Of a stretch of 51,397 nucleotides of DNA, positions 1-8,968 are shown in pieces. Within the stretch, counting starts at the first letter, position 1. Each line of letters opens with the position of its first letter. The position numbers and the translations under genes are program-made. Where the stretch lies: NCBI GenBank assembly GCA_018713185.1, contig DVFQ01000072.1:1-51397 (forward strand). The letters run 5' to 3'. Source of the stretch: Candidatus Copromonas avistercoris (nom. illeg.). GTDB taxonomy: Bacteria; Bacillota; Clostridia; Lachnospirales; Lachnospiraceae. The notes beneath the pieces were generated by a model. The model searched no databases. It worked only from the letters and a program-made list of their open reading frames with translations, and had not been told where the DNA came from.

Positions 1-1
1 A

Positions 2-82
2 AAGACTCATCCGGACCGCATGGAAACGAAGAAGTACTGCAGATTCTGTAAGAGACATACGCTGCACAAGGAAACCCGGTAA
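2..82 (+). CDS. rpmG: 50S ribosomal protein L33, C-terminal fragment (gene begins upstream of the window)
   Basis: Frame 2 reads KTHPDRMETKKYCRFCKRHTLHKETR-stop. The Cys pair and HKE tail are typical of L33, and the position directly upstream of secE-nusG is canonical. Confidence 0.7.
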   Translation, partial: KTHPDRMETKKYCRFCKRHTLHKETR

Positions 83-111
83 TCCCGGATATTCAAGAAG
101 GACGTGAATCT

Positions 112-318
112 ATGGGAGAAACAGCAAGCAATGAGAAAGCCCCAAAGAAGAGCTTTTTCAAAGGACTGAAAACCGAATTCAGCAAAATTGCCTGGCCGGG
201 TAAGGACACATTGGCAAAACAGACCGTCGCGGTGATCGTCACAACGATTGCTCTGGGCATTGCGATCGCGGTCCTTGACCTGTTGATCCAGTTTGGTCTC
301 AACATTGTCATTGGTTAA
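112..318 (+). CDS. secE: Preprotein translocase subunit SecE
   Basis: 68 aa with a basic N-terminus (FFKGLKTEFSKIAWP motif) and a single C-terminal TM helix. Conserved position before nusG. Confidence 0.85.
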   Translation: MGETASNEKAPKKSFFKGLKTEFSKIAWPGKDTLAKQTVAVIVTTIALGIAIAVLDLLIQFGLNIVIG

Positions 319-333
319 GGATGAGGTGAAAGT

Positions 334-849
334 ATGTCAGATGCACAATGGTATGTTGTACACACTTATTCCGGATATGAGAATAAGGTAAAGGTTGACA
401 TCGAGAAGACCATCGAAAACCGGGGACTTCAAGATCAGATCTTAGAGGTTTCCGTCCCGATGGAGGAAGTCATCGAGCTGAAGAACGGCGCTCAGAAGCA
501 GGTGGAGCGCAAGATGTTTCCGGGCTATGTGCTGATCCATATGGTCATGAACGACGATACTTGGTATGTGGTCCGCAACACGAGAGGCGTAACTGGCTTC
601 GTTGGGCCGGGCTCCAAGCCGGTACCTCTTTCCGAGGAAGAGATGAGAGGTCTTGGATTCAAGACGCCGGGAGTCGTCGTTGACTTTGCGGTAGGCGATA
701 CGGTGGTGGTTATCTCCGGAGCCTGGAAGGATACGATCGGCGTGCTGAAAACGGTAAACGAGTCAAAACAGTCTGCTACGATCAATGTAGAGATGTTCGG
801 CCGGGAGACGCCGGTTGAACTGAGCTTTTCGGAAATCAAGAAGATGTAG
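334..849 (+). CDS. nusG: Transcription termination/antitermination factor NusG
   Basis: 171 aa. N-terminal WYVVHTYSGYENKV (NGN domain) and C-terminal KOW-like GDTVVVISGAWKD. Synteny secE-nusG-rplK. Confidence 0.95.
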   Translation: MSDAQWYVVHTYSGYENKVKVDIEKTIENRGLQDQILEVSVPMEEVIELKNGAQKQVERKMFPGYVLIHMVMNDDTWYVVRNTRGVTGFVGPGSKPVPLSEEEMRGLGFKTPGVVVDFAVGDTVVVISGAWKDTIGVLKTVNESKQSATINVEMFGRETPVELSFSEIKKM

Positions 850-943
850 CGAAAGGCTGGCAGGCGGAATACAGAATCAAACGCAACAATCAGGCTGCCT
901 TAAATGGTCAGCCAAGGAAGCGGGAGGCGTCAGACCGGCCCGC

Positions 944-971
944 GTGGGAGGGAAATCCCCGACATTACCAC
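944..971 (+). promoter_or_regulatory. Candidate L1-binding leader hairpin upstream of rplK
   Basis: GTGGGAGGGAAATCCCCGACATTACCAC has an outer stem GTGG/CCAC and an inner GGG/CCC hairpin. It lies ~22 nt before the rplK ATG. A near-identical copy precedes rplA. Confidence 0.5.
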
Positions 972-993
972 ATGATTTAGGAGGTGCCGAATT

Positions 994-1419
994 ATGGCAA
1001 AGAAAGTAACAGGATATATTAAATTGCAGATCCCCGCTGGTAAGGCAACACCGGCTCCGCCAGTTGGACCGGCTCTTGGTCAGCACGGCGTAAATATCGT
1101 ACAGTTTACGAAAGAGTTCAACGCCAGGACCGCCGACCAGGGCGATATGATCATTCCGGTTGTAATTACGGTTTATGCGGACAGAAGCTTCAGCTTCATT
1201 ACCAAGACTCCGCCGGCTGCCGTTCTGTTAAAGAAGGCTGCAAAGATTAAATCCGGATCCGCAGTTCCCAACAAGACCAAGGTTGCGAAGCTTACAAGAG
1301 CTGAGGTTCAGAAGATCGCCGAGTTAAAGATGCCGGATCTGAACGCCGCAAGCATCGAGGCTGCGACCAGCATGATCGCCGGAACCGCTCGTTCCATGGG
1401 AATCGAGGTCGTTGATTAA
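994..1419 (+). CDS. rplK: 50S ribosomal protein L11
   Basis: 141 aa, [35 protein letters not shown] is a hallmark L11 N-terminus. RBS AGGAGG lies upstream. Confidence 0.97.
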   Translation: MAKKVTGYIKLQIPAGKATPAPPVGPALGQHGVNIVQFTKEFNARTADQGDMIIPVVITVYADRSFSFITKTPPAAVLLKKAAKIKSGSAVPNKTKVAKLTRAEVQKIAELKMPDLNAASIEAATSMIAGTARSMGIEVVD

Positions 1420-1479
1420 TCCTGCCGGATAGACGGAAGGCAGAGCGCAGCGCAGAAAACGCGCGACGCGCGATATCAC

Positions 1480-1508
1480 GTGGGAGGGAGAACTCCCGAC
1501 AATACCAC
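1480..1508 (+). promoter_or_regulatory. Candidate L1-binding leader hairpin upstream of rplA (second copy)
   Basis: GTGGGAGGGAGAACTCCCGACAATACCAC has the same architecture and flanks as 944-971. It lies ~14 nt before the rplA ATG and overlaps the RBS region. Confidence 0.5.
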
Positions 1509-1522
1509 AGGAGGTTTTTAGA

Positions 1523-2218
1523 ATGAAAAGAGGAAAGAGATACGTAGAGGCGGCAAAGGCTATCGACCGCGCTACTCTTTATGATACCGCAGAAGCAATT
1601 GCCCTGGTAAAGAAAGCGGCAGTTGCAAAGTTTGACGAGACCATCGAGGTTCATTTAAGAACCGGCTGCGACGGACGTCATGCAGATCAGCAGATCCGCG
1701 GCGCCGTTGTTCTGCCGCATGGAACCGGAAAGACCGTAAGAATCCTTGTATTCGCCAAGGGCGTAAAGGCTGACGAGGCTCAGGCGGCCGTAGCAGATTA
1801 CGTTGGAGCAGAGGAGCTGATCCCGAAGATCCAGAACGAAGGATGGCTGGATTTCGACGTAGTTGTTGCGACTCCCGATATGATGGGCGTTGTCGGACGT
1901 CTTGGACGTGTACTTGGACCGAAGGGCTTAATGCCCAACCCCAAGGCCGGAACCGTAACGATGGACGTTACGAAGGCCATCAACGATATTAAGGCTGGTA
2001 AGATCGAGTACAGACTTGACAAGACCAATATTATCCACGTGCCAGTAGGTAAGGCTTCTTTCACAGAAGAACAGTTAGCGGACAACTTCCAGACGCTTAT
2101 GGATGCAATCATGAAGGCGAAGCCCAGCACCGTAAAGGGCGCTTACTTAAAGAGCGTGACCCTGACCTCCACAATGGGACCGGGCGTGAAGTTAAATGTT
2201 GCCAAGCTGATGGGCTAA
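1523..2218 (+). CDS. rplA: 50S ribosomal protein L1
   Basis: 231 aa, [12 protein letters not shown]...[23 protein letters not shown] is typical L1. Confidence 0.97.
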   Translation: MKRGKRYVEAAKAIDRATLYDTAEAIALVKKAAVAKFDETIEVHLRTGCDGRHADQQIRGAVVLPHGTGKTVRILVFAKGVKADEAQAAVADYVGAEELIPKIQNEGWLDFDVVVATPDMMGVVGRLGRVLGPKGLMPNPKAGTVTMDVTKAINDIKAGKIEYRLDKTNIIHVPVGKASFTEEQLADNFQTLMDAIMKAKPSTVKGAYLKSVTLTSTMGPGVKLNVAKLMG

Positions 2219-2254
2219 AGCACATTTGCCTTACATTTGCTTTTTAGAAAGTGA

Positions 2255-2283
2255 TTGACAATCCGAATAAATTATGTTAGAGT
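2255..2283 (+). promoter_or_regulatory. Sigma-A type promoter for rplJ-rplL
   Basis: TTGACA (2255-2260), a 17 nt spacer, then TGtTAGAGT as an extended -10 (2275-2283). Confidence 0.55.
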
Positions 2284-2289
2284 ATCGGA

Positions 2290-2460
2290 GTATTGAATGC
2301 CGAAGACAGCAGGTGCCGCAAGGCGTAAGGTAAAAACACCTGCCGAGGAACATACAAAACTCACATGCGGAATTTTGTGAACCTCTCTGTCTGCGGACAG
2401 GGAGGTTTTTTTCCTGTGACGGCTTTACGATACAAGACTAAAACAGGAGGTAGACCATTC
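2290..2460 (+). promoter_or_regulatory. L10(rplJ) leader / attenuator region
   Basis: Long structured 5' UTR between the promoter and rplJ. It contains an intrinsic terminator (2382-2412). This matches the known L10-leader arrangement in Firmicutes. Confidence 0.6.
2382..2412 (+). terminator. Leader attenuator terminator inside the rplJ 5' UTR
   Basis: CCTCTCTGTC-tgcg-GACAGGGAGG stem followed by TTTTTTT. Confidence 0.7.
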
Positions 2461-2967
2461 ATGGCAAAAGTTGAATTAAAGCAGCCGGTCGTAGCTGAGA
2501 TCGCCGAGCTTTTCAACGGAGCGAAATCTGCAGTAGTCGTTGACTACCGCGGCCTTACGGTTGAGCAGGATACGGCTCTTCGTAAGAAGCTGAGAGAAGC
2601 AGACGTGACTTATAAGGTATATAAGAACACGATGATCCGCTTCGCCGCAAAGGGAACCGAGTTTGAGGCTCTTGAGCCCCATCTTGAGGGACCGACCGCT
2701 CTGGCTGTATCCAAGAGCGACGCGACCGCTCCGGCAAGAGTCCTGGCTGAGTTTGCAAAGACGGCCGAGAAGCTTGAATTAAAGGGCGGCGTTGTAGAAG
2801 GCACCTATTACGATGCAAAGGGAATCAATGTGATCGCTACCATTCCTTCCAGAGAAGTTCTTCTTGGAAGATTACTGGGAAGCATGCAGTCCCCGATCGC
2901 CAATTTTGCCCGCGTTCTCAACCAGATCGCAGAGAAGCAGGGCGACGGCGCAAGCGCAGAGGCGTAA
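2461..2967 (+). CDS. rplJ: 50S ribosomal protein L10
   Basis: Internal ATG at 2461 (MAKVELKQPVVAEI...) is preceded by AGGAGG. The upstream part of the 2365 ORF overlaps the leader terminator. Confidence 0.93.
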   Translation: MAKVELKQPVVAEIAELFNGAKSAVVVDYRGLTVEQDTALRKKLREADVTYKVYKNTMIRFAAKGTEFEALEPHLEGPTALAVSKSDATAPARVLAEFAKTAEKLELKGGVVEGTYYDAKGINVIATIPSREVLLGRLLGSMQSPIANFARVLNQIAEKQGDGASAEA

Positions 2968-3089
2968 GCCAAAGAGCTGGAATGAATTTTATGGAGCGAA
3001 GGCTCCAAAGGCGGCATAGCGGCTTTTGGCCGCAGGCTGCATAAAACAAAAAACAGGTTTGATGAAAATATTCATGGAGGTAAATTAGA

Positions 3090-3467
3090 ATGGCAAAGTT
3101 AACAACTGCTGAGTTTATCGAAGCAATTAAGGAATTATCCGTTTTAGAGCTGAATGAGTTAGTAAAGGCCTGCGAGGAAGAGTTTGGCGTATCCGCAGCA
3201 GCAGGCGTTGTTGTTGCAGCTGGCGCAGCAGCAGGCGGAGCCGCTGAGGAAGAGAAGACCGAGTTCGACGTTGAGCTGACCGAGGTTGGCCCGAACAAGG
3301 TTAAGGTTATCAAGGTTGTTCGTGAAGTTACCGGCCTTGGCTTAAAGGAAGCGAAGGATGTTGTTGACGGTGCTCCGAAGGTTGTTAAGCAGGGCGCTTC
3401 CAAGGAAGAGGCTGAGGACATCAAGACCAAGCTTGAGGCTGAGGGCGCAAAGATCACCCTTAAGTAA
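3090..3467 (+). CDS. rplL: 50S ribosomal protein L7/L12
   Basis: 125 aa with an Ala/Gly/Glu hinge ([23 protein letters not shown]) and a C-terminal [25 protein letters not shown]. Confidence 0.97.
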   Translation: MAKLTTAEFIEAIKELSVLELNELVKACEEEFGVSAAAGVVVAAGAAAGGAAEEEKTEFDVELTEVGPNKVKVIKVVREVTGLGLKEAKDVVDGAPKVVKQGASKEEAEDIKTKLEAEGAKITLK

Positions 3468-3495
3468 TTCAACTGAAAAAAGCTTGCTTTTATGG

Positions 3496-3526
3496 GGAGG
3501 ATCACGGATGTGGTCCTCTCTTTTTC
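3496..3526 (+). terminator. Intrinsic terminator after rplL
   Basis: GGGAGGATCAC-ggat-GTGGTCCTC stem (one G-U pair) followed by TCTTTTT. Confidence 0.75.
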
Positions 3527-3659
3527 GTATTTTCCTTTACTTTGCGCGCCCAATCCGCTACAATAAAATAAGAGGCAGTCTGGCGGGGCCGGTTTCCTTA
3601 TGGCGCGGATTGTCATCACAGAAAAGAAAGGGCAGTGTCTCCCACTGCAGGGTGAACGA

Positions 3660-6242
3660 ATGAAAGTATTGATTATCGGGGGCGTGGCTGCGGGGACCAA
3701 AGCTGCGGCCAAATTGAAGAGAATGGACCGGTCTCTGGACGTAACGATCGTGACGAAGGGAAAGGATATTTCCTATGCCGGCTGCGGGCTTCCCTACTAT
3801 GTGGGCGGCGTGATCGAGGATAAGTCGGAACTGATCGTGAATACGCCGGCTTCCTTCGCGGCGCTGACCGGCGCCAAGGTGTTGACGGAGCGGGAAGTGG
3901 TGCGCCTGGACGCCGGAGCAAAGAAGGCGGAGGCAAAGAATCTGAGAAACGGCAATACGGAGGAATATTCCTATGACGTCTGTCTGATCGCCGTGGGCGC
4001 TTCTCCCATTGTGCCCCGGCTGGAGGGAATTACTCTTCCGGGCGTATTTACCATGCGTACGCCCCAGGACGCCATTGAGATCCGGGAATTTTTGGAGACG
4101 GAGGCGCCGAAGCGGGCGGTCGTAGTCGGCGGCGGTTTTATCGGACTGGAAACAGCGGAAAACCTTCAGGCTCAGGGATTATCGGTGACGGTGATCGATA
4201 TGGCGGATCAGATCATGCCCGGCTTTGATCCGGAAATGGCGGATTACGCAAAACGCCATCTGGTGAAAAAGGGGATCAAGGTGATGACCGGGACGAAGAT
4301 GGAATCGATCCTGGGAACCGCAAAGGCCGAGGGCGTTAAGACGGATCAGGGAGAGCTTAAGGCGGATATCGTCGTTATGTCCTTGGGAATCCGGCCCAAT
4401 ACCGCGTTCTTAAAGGATACGGGGCTGGAGTTCATGCCCAACGGAACGATTCCGGTGGATGAAACCATGCGGACCAACCTGGCGGATATTTACGCGGCCG
4501 GAGACTGCGCCTGCGTGACGAACCGGCAGACGGGAAAACGCGCCTGGTCGCCCATGGGCTCCTCTGCCAATATGGAGGGCCGCACCTTCGCGAGAGCACT
4601 CTGCGGGCAGGATGTTCGCTATGAGGGCGTTTTAGGGACGGCGGTTGTAAAGCTTCCTGATCTGAACGGAGGCAAGACCGGACTTTCCGAGGCGGCGGCC
4701 AAGGCGGAAGGCTATGAGACGGTGTCCAACGTCTGCGTGGTGGACGATAAAGCCCATTATTATCCGGGCGCGTCTGCCTTTATCATCAAGACGGTGGCGG
4801 ATAAAAAGACGAGAAAGCTGCTGGGCGTACAGGTTTTAGGCTCCGGCGCTGTGGATAAGGTAACAGATGTGGCGGTAACGGCGATCACCATGGGAGCCAC
4901 CGTGGATCAGCTGGCGAATCTGGATCTGGCGTATGCGCCGCCGTTCTCTACGGCAATCCATCCGCTGGTGACGGCCATCGGCATCCTGACCAACAAAATG
5001 GATGGGATCCTGGACAGCTTTACGCCGGCAGAGTTTGCGGCGGGAGCGGCAGAGGGATACCGGGTGATCGATACGTCGCCGGTTCCGGCGATTTCCGACG
5101 CGCCCTATGTGGACGTTACCCAGGTAAACGGGCCGGTAGAGGGATTAGGAAAGGACGAAAAGCTCCTCTTGATCTGCGCCAAGGGAAAGAGAAGCTACCT
5201 GCTTCAGAACCGGCTGAAATTTTACGGCTACACCAATACGAAGGTATTGGAGGGCGGCTTGACCTTTAACGAATATAAGAAATCGGCGTCGGGCAAGGTA
5301 ACGGTCAGCGCCGAGGAGATCACCCGCTTAAAGGCGCTGGGCTGTCTGCACAATAAGGGAACCGACAATTTCAACGTCCGCGTTATTACCAGAAACGGAA
5401 ATATTACGGCGGCGGAGAGCCAGGCCATTGCGGCGGCGGCCGAGAAATACGGAAGCGGACGGATCGCCATGACCACCCGCCTGACCATGGAGATCATCGG
5501 CGTGCCCTATGGAAATATCGACGCGCTGAGGGAAGAGCTGGCGGAAGCCGGCCTGGAAACGGGCGGAACCGGTTCCAAGGTCCGTCCGGTGGTAGCCTGC
5601 AAGGGAACCACCTGCCAGTACGGCCTTCTGGATTCCTACGCGCTCTCCGATAAGATCCATGAAATGTTCTACCATGGCTATGCCGGCGTTAAGTTGCCTC
5701 ATAAATTCAAGATCGCGGTGGGCGGATGTCCCAACAACTGCGTGAAGCCCAATCTGAACGATCTGGGCATCGTTGGCCAGAGGATCCCGCAGTTTAACAG
5801 CGAGATCTGCCGCGGCTGCAAGGTCTGCCAGGTGGAGAAATCCTGCCCGATGAAGGCCTCCGCTGTTGTGGACGGAAAGCTTAGGATCGACGAGGAGGTC
5901 TGCAACAACTGCGGCCGCTGCGTTGGAAAGTGCCCGTTCCACGCGCTGGACGAGGGTGCATACGGCTATAAGATCTATATCGGCGGACGCTGGGGCAAGA
6001 AGGTTGCCCACGGCCATGCCTTAAGCCCGGTGTTTACCAGTGAGGAAGAAGTCCTTTCCATTATTGAAAAAGCGATTCTTCTGTTCAGGGAACAGGGTGA
6101 GACCGGCGAACGGTTCGCGGATACCATCGCGCGTCTTGGCTTTGAAAATGTGGAACGGCAGCTCCTGTCCGATGAGATCCTCTCCAGAAGAGAAGCGATC
6201 ATCGGCGCGAAGCTGCACCTGGTCGGAGGCGCGACCTGTTAA
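3660..6242 (+). CDS. Multidomain fusion: CoA-disulfide reductase/NADH-oxidase-like flavoprotein, rhodanese, and sulfite-reductase-like (siroheme/4Fe-4S plus 2x[4Fe-4S] ferredoxin insert) domain
   Basis: Start MKVLIIGGVAAG (Rossmann GxGxxG). Redox Cys motif SYAGCGLPYY. Second dinucleotide fold VVVGGGFIGLE. Rhodanese loop CAKGKRS. C-terminal ACKGTTCQYG...GGCPNNC plus CRGCKVCQVEKSCP and CNNCGRCVGKCP. Confidence 0.85.
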   Translation: MKVLIIGGVAAGTKAAAKLKRMDRSLDVTIVTKGKDISYAGCGLPYYVGGVIEDKSELIVNTPASFAALTGAKVLTEREVVRLDAGAKKAEAKNLRNGNTEEYSYDVCLIAVGASPIVPRLEGITLPGVFTMRTPQDAIEIREFLETEAPKRAVVVGGGFIGLETAENLQAQGLSVTVIDMADQIMPGFDPEMADYAKRHLVKKGIKVMTGTKMESILGTAKAEGVKTDQGELKADIVVMSLGIRPNTAFLKDTGLEFMPNGTIPVDETMRTNLADIYAAGDCACVTNRQTGKRAWSPMGSSANMEGRTFARALCGQDVRYEGVLGTAVVKLPDLNGGKTGLSEAAAKAEGYETVSNVCVVDDKAHYYPGASAFIIKTVADKKTRKLLGVQVLGSGAVDKVTDVAVTAITMGATVDQLANLDLAYAPPFSTAIHPLVTAIGILTNKMDGILDSFTPAEFAAGAAEGYRVIDTSPVPAISDAPYVDVTQVNGPVEGLGKDEKLLLICAKGKRSYLLQNRLKFYGYTNTKVLEGGLTFNEYKKSASGKVTVSAEEITRLKALGCLHNKGTDNFNVRVITRNGNITAAESQAIAAAAEKYGSGRIAMTTRLTMEIIGVPYGNIDALREELAEAGLETGGTGSKVRPVVACKGTTCQYGLLDSYALSDKIHEMFYHGYAGVKLPHKFKIAVGGCPNNCVKPNLNDLGIVGQRIPQFNSEICRGCKVCQVEKSCPMKASAVVDGKLRIDEEVCNNCGRCVGKCPFHALDEGAYGYKIYIGGRWGKKVAHGHALSPVFTSEEEVLSIIEKAILLFREQGETGERFADTIARLGFENVERQLLSDEILSRREAIIGAKLHLVGGATC

Positions 6243-6317
6243 CCGCGGCGTGAAGTTCCGCACTTAGCTGCGGCTCTAAGCCTCATGTCGGTAAAAACAG
6301 CTCCCGCACAGAAAGGA

Positions 6318-6351
6318 AAGCCCGGAAACGGCCAAAGGTTCCGGGCTTTTT
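6318..6351 (+). terminator. Intrinsic terminator after the fusion oxidoreductase
   Basis: AGCCCGGAA-acggccaaagg-TTCCGGGCT stem followed by TTTTCC. Confidence 0.75.
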
Positions 6352-6471
6352 CCTGTAAATAGAGGCAGAAATGTGGAAAAAGGCTTCGTAGCATGGAATT
6401 ATTGTGGAAAGAACGGCGGGAATGTGATAGAATAGCCGGGTAGGAAAGACAGCAGGAATGAGGAGAGAGGA

Positions 6472-7101
6472 ATGAGCATTGAGGAGCTGATCGGACGGTA
6501 TCCGAATCTGGAGGTATGCAGAGGCTCGCTGGAAGCCGCGTATAAGACTCTGGAAGAATGCTTTGCGGGAGGCGGAAAGCTTTTGATCGCGGGAAATGGT
6601 GGGAGCGCCGCCGATTCCGATCATATTGTGGGGGAGCTGATGAAAGGCTTTGTAAAGCGGCGGCCGCTTTCGGAGGAGTTGAAGCAGGCTCTTGAGGCTG
6701 CGGATCCGATTCGCGGAAAGGAGCTGGCAGAAAAACTCCAGGAAGCGCTTCCGGCCATCGCCCTGACAAACCACGCGGCGCTATCGTCGGCCTTTGCCAA
6801 CGATGTGGACGGGGTTTTAAGCTATGCCCAGCAGGTGAACGGCTATGGACGGACCGGCGATGTATTCCTTGGAATCAGCACTTCGGGCAATGCGGAAAAC
6901 GTGATGTACGCGGCGGTGACGGCCAGGGCGAAAGGGATGCGGGTGATCGCCCTGACGGGAAAGACGGGCGGAAAGCTGGGAGCCTTCGCCGACATTTCCA
7001 TTATTGTTCCGGAACAGGAGACATACAAGATCCAAGAGCTTCATCTTCCGATCTACCATGCGCTCTGCCTGATGCTAGAGGAACGGTTCTATGAGCGGTA
7101 A
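6472..7101 (+). CDS. SIS-domain sugar-phosphate isomerase, GmhA (sedoheptulose-7-P isomerase) family
   Basis: GGKLLIAGNGGSAADSDHIVGEL, VFLGISTSGNAENV and ALTGKTGGKL motifs typical of GmhA/DiaA-type SIS proteins. Good RBS. Confidence 0.8.
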   Translation: MSIEELIGRYPNLEVCRGSLEAAYKTLEECFAGGGKLLIAGNGGSAADSDHIVGELMKGFVKRRPLSEELKQALEAADPIRGKELAEKLQEALPAIALTNHAALSSAFANDVDGVLSYAQQVNGYGRTGDVFLGISTSGNAENVMYAAVTARAKGMRVIALTGKTGGKLGAFADISIIVPEQETYKIQELHLPIYHALCLMLEERFYER

Positions 7102-8953
7102 GAAGGCTTTGGCCTGGAATCTGCTGGTTCCGTTTTTGATGCTTTTGGTGTCGGAAGGAGCGACGGGGAATCTTTTTCGTCTTTCCGCGCCGGGCGTGAT
7201 TTTGGGGACGGCGGTTTATTACATCCTGTATCTGGGGGTATTCTTTTTTGCAGGAACCACGAAGGCGTCCTGGCTGCTTTTAAATCTGGCGGTTTACGGG
7301 CTGGCGGCGGGGGAATACTTTGTTATCAGCTTCCGGGAGCGGCCGGCGATGATCTGGGATGTGCTGGCCCTGCGGACGGCGATGACGGTATCCGCCAATT
7401 ACCGGTTTACGGTTACGCCCCGGCTGGTCCTTACATTCCTGGGAACCCTTCTTTTGGGAATTGGTTCCTGGAAGATTCCGCTGCGCTTGGAAAACAGGAA
7501 GATACGATGGAAGGCGCGGGGAGCCTGGGCAGGTGTGACTGCGGCCTTTGCCGTGTTGCTTTACGGCGTTTTGACGCCGGCCCTTAAGCTTTCAGTTCCC
7601 ATGTGGGACCCGATCATCAGCTTTGAGCGGCAGGGATTTTTATTGTCTACGGTGCTTTCCCTTGAGACGCTGTTTCCGCAGAAACCGGCGGGATATGAAA
7701 CGGAGACGGCCCGGAAGCTATTGGAACGATTGGAGAAAGAAGCCGGTGCAGGAGAGGAACCTGGCAGCGAAACGGAGCTGCTTGGCAGGAACGAAACGGT
7801 GGTTCCAGAGAATGTGATCTGTATCATGAACGAGAGCTTCGCCGACCTTCGGATTTTCAACGGCCTGGTTTCGGGAAATTCCTTTGAGACGGACGGCCCG
7901 TTCCTTTCTTACTATGACAGCCTTTCGGAAAACGCGCAGAAGGGCTGGCTGTATGTTCCCGTATTCGGCGCGATGACGGCCAACAGCGAGTATGAATTTT
8001 TAACGGGAAATTCCTGCGCCTTTGTGCCCCAGGGCTCGATCCCGTATCAATTTTATACGAAGCCGGGCGATGGCTCTTTGGCCCGGGCCTTTGGAGAGGC
8101 CGGATACCGGACGGCTGCTATGCATCCTTATCCTGGCTATAACTGGAACCGGACGGAAGCTTATGAAAATCTGGGCTTTGATGAGTTTTTGGATCAGGAT
8201 TACTATGAAGCCTCCGGTTTCCTGGATGAGGGAGAAGCGGGCGGATCTGCGGACAGCAGGATGCCGAGGGGATATTTAAGCGACGCGGCGGATTATGAAG
8301 CGCTGATCCGACAGGTGGAAGAGAAAAAGCCGGGCGAGAAGCTGTTTTTATTCAACGTGACCATGCAGAACCACGGCGGCTATGAGGTGGCGGATTTTCC
8401 GGCCGATGTGCATGTGACGGCGGTAAACGGAGAGGACTGTCTGGGAGAATATCCCAAGGCGGATCAGTATCTGACTCTGATGAAGCGGTCGGACGAGGCG
8501 TTAAAAATGCTTCTTGACTATTTTTCCGCTTGTCCCCAGCCGACGCTGATCGTCTTATTCGGGGATCATGAGCCCAGTGTGGAAACTTCTTTTTACGAGG
8601 CGCTTTACGGTACGCGGTGGAGCCAGGTTCCGGGAGAGCAAAAGCGGTATTCCTTTGTGACGCCGTATCTGATCTGGAGCAACTACGAACGGGACGCCGG
8701 TGACTTGGGGGATATGAGCGCCTTTATGCTGGGCGGCCAGGTACTACGGGCGGCGGGGATGGAAGCCGGAGGCTTCGGCTATGCCGTCGAACGATTAAGA
8801 GGAGAGTACCCGATGGTCCATTCCATGGGCCTTCTGACAAGGGACGGCCAGTTCCTGGACGTGCTGGAAACGGGGACCCTGGATCTTTCCCAGACCGTAA
8901 AAGAATACCATATGCTGCAGTACTACAGAATGTTTGAGGAGAAACCGGAATAA
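7091..8953 (+). CDS. LTA synthase / sulfatase-family membrane phosphotransferase (LtaS-like)
   Basis: N-terminal multi-TM block followed by an alkaline-phosphatase-superfamily domain (CIMNESFADLR, GAMTANSEYEFLTGN, LFGDHEPS). The start overlaps the preceding stop by 11 nt. Confidence 0.8.
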   Translation: MSGKKALAWNLLVPFLMLLVSEGATGNLFRLSAPGVILGTAVYYILYLGVFFFAGTTKASWLLLNLAVYGLAAGEYFVISFRERPAMIWDVLALRTAMTVSANYRFTVTPRLVLTFLGTLLLGIGSWKIPLRLENRKIRWKARGAWAGVTAAFAVLLYGVLTPALKLSVPMWDPIISFERQGFLLSTVLSLETLFPQKPAGYETETARKLLERLEKEAGAGEEPGSETELLGRNETVVPENVICIMNESFADLRIFNGLVSGNSFETDGPFLSYYDSLSENAQKGWLYVPVFGAMTANSEYEFLTGNSCAFVPQGSIPYQFYTKPGDGSLARAFGEAGYRTAAMHPYPGYNWNRTEAYENLGFDEFLDQDYYEASGFLDEGEAGGSADSRMPRGYLSDAADYEALIRQVEEKKPGEKLFLFNVTMQNHGGYEVADFPADVHVTAVNGEDCLGEYPKADQYLTLMKRSDEALKMLLDYFSACPQPTLIVLFGDHEPSVETSFYEALYGTRWSQVPGEQKRYSFVTPYLIWSNYERDAGDLGDMSAFMLGGQVLRAAGMEAGGFGYAVERLRGEYPMVHSMGLLTRDGQFLDVLETGTLDLSQTVKEYHMLQYYRMFEEKPE

Positions 8954-8968
8954 ATTCCGGGGTGAGGG

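Noticed and set aside
3600-3659. Longer N-terminal extensions offered by the ORF track (3600, 2365, 28556, 29668, 30803, 38728, 42025, 47861, 47863)
   Set aside because: In each case an internal start has a proper Shine-Dalgarno and matches the family's usual N-terminus. The extensions overlap leaders, terminators or neighbouring genes.
2918-3712. 264-aa minus-strand ORF covering rplL and its flanks
   Set aside because: It is antisense to an unmistakable L7/L12 gene. Its composition is low-complexity Ala/Ser/Pro, typical of shadow ORFs in GC-rich DNA, and it has no RBS.
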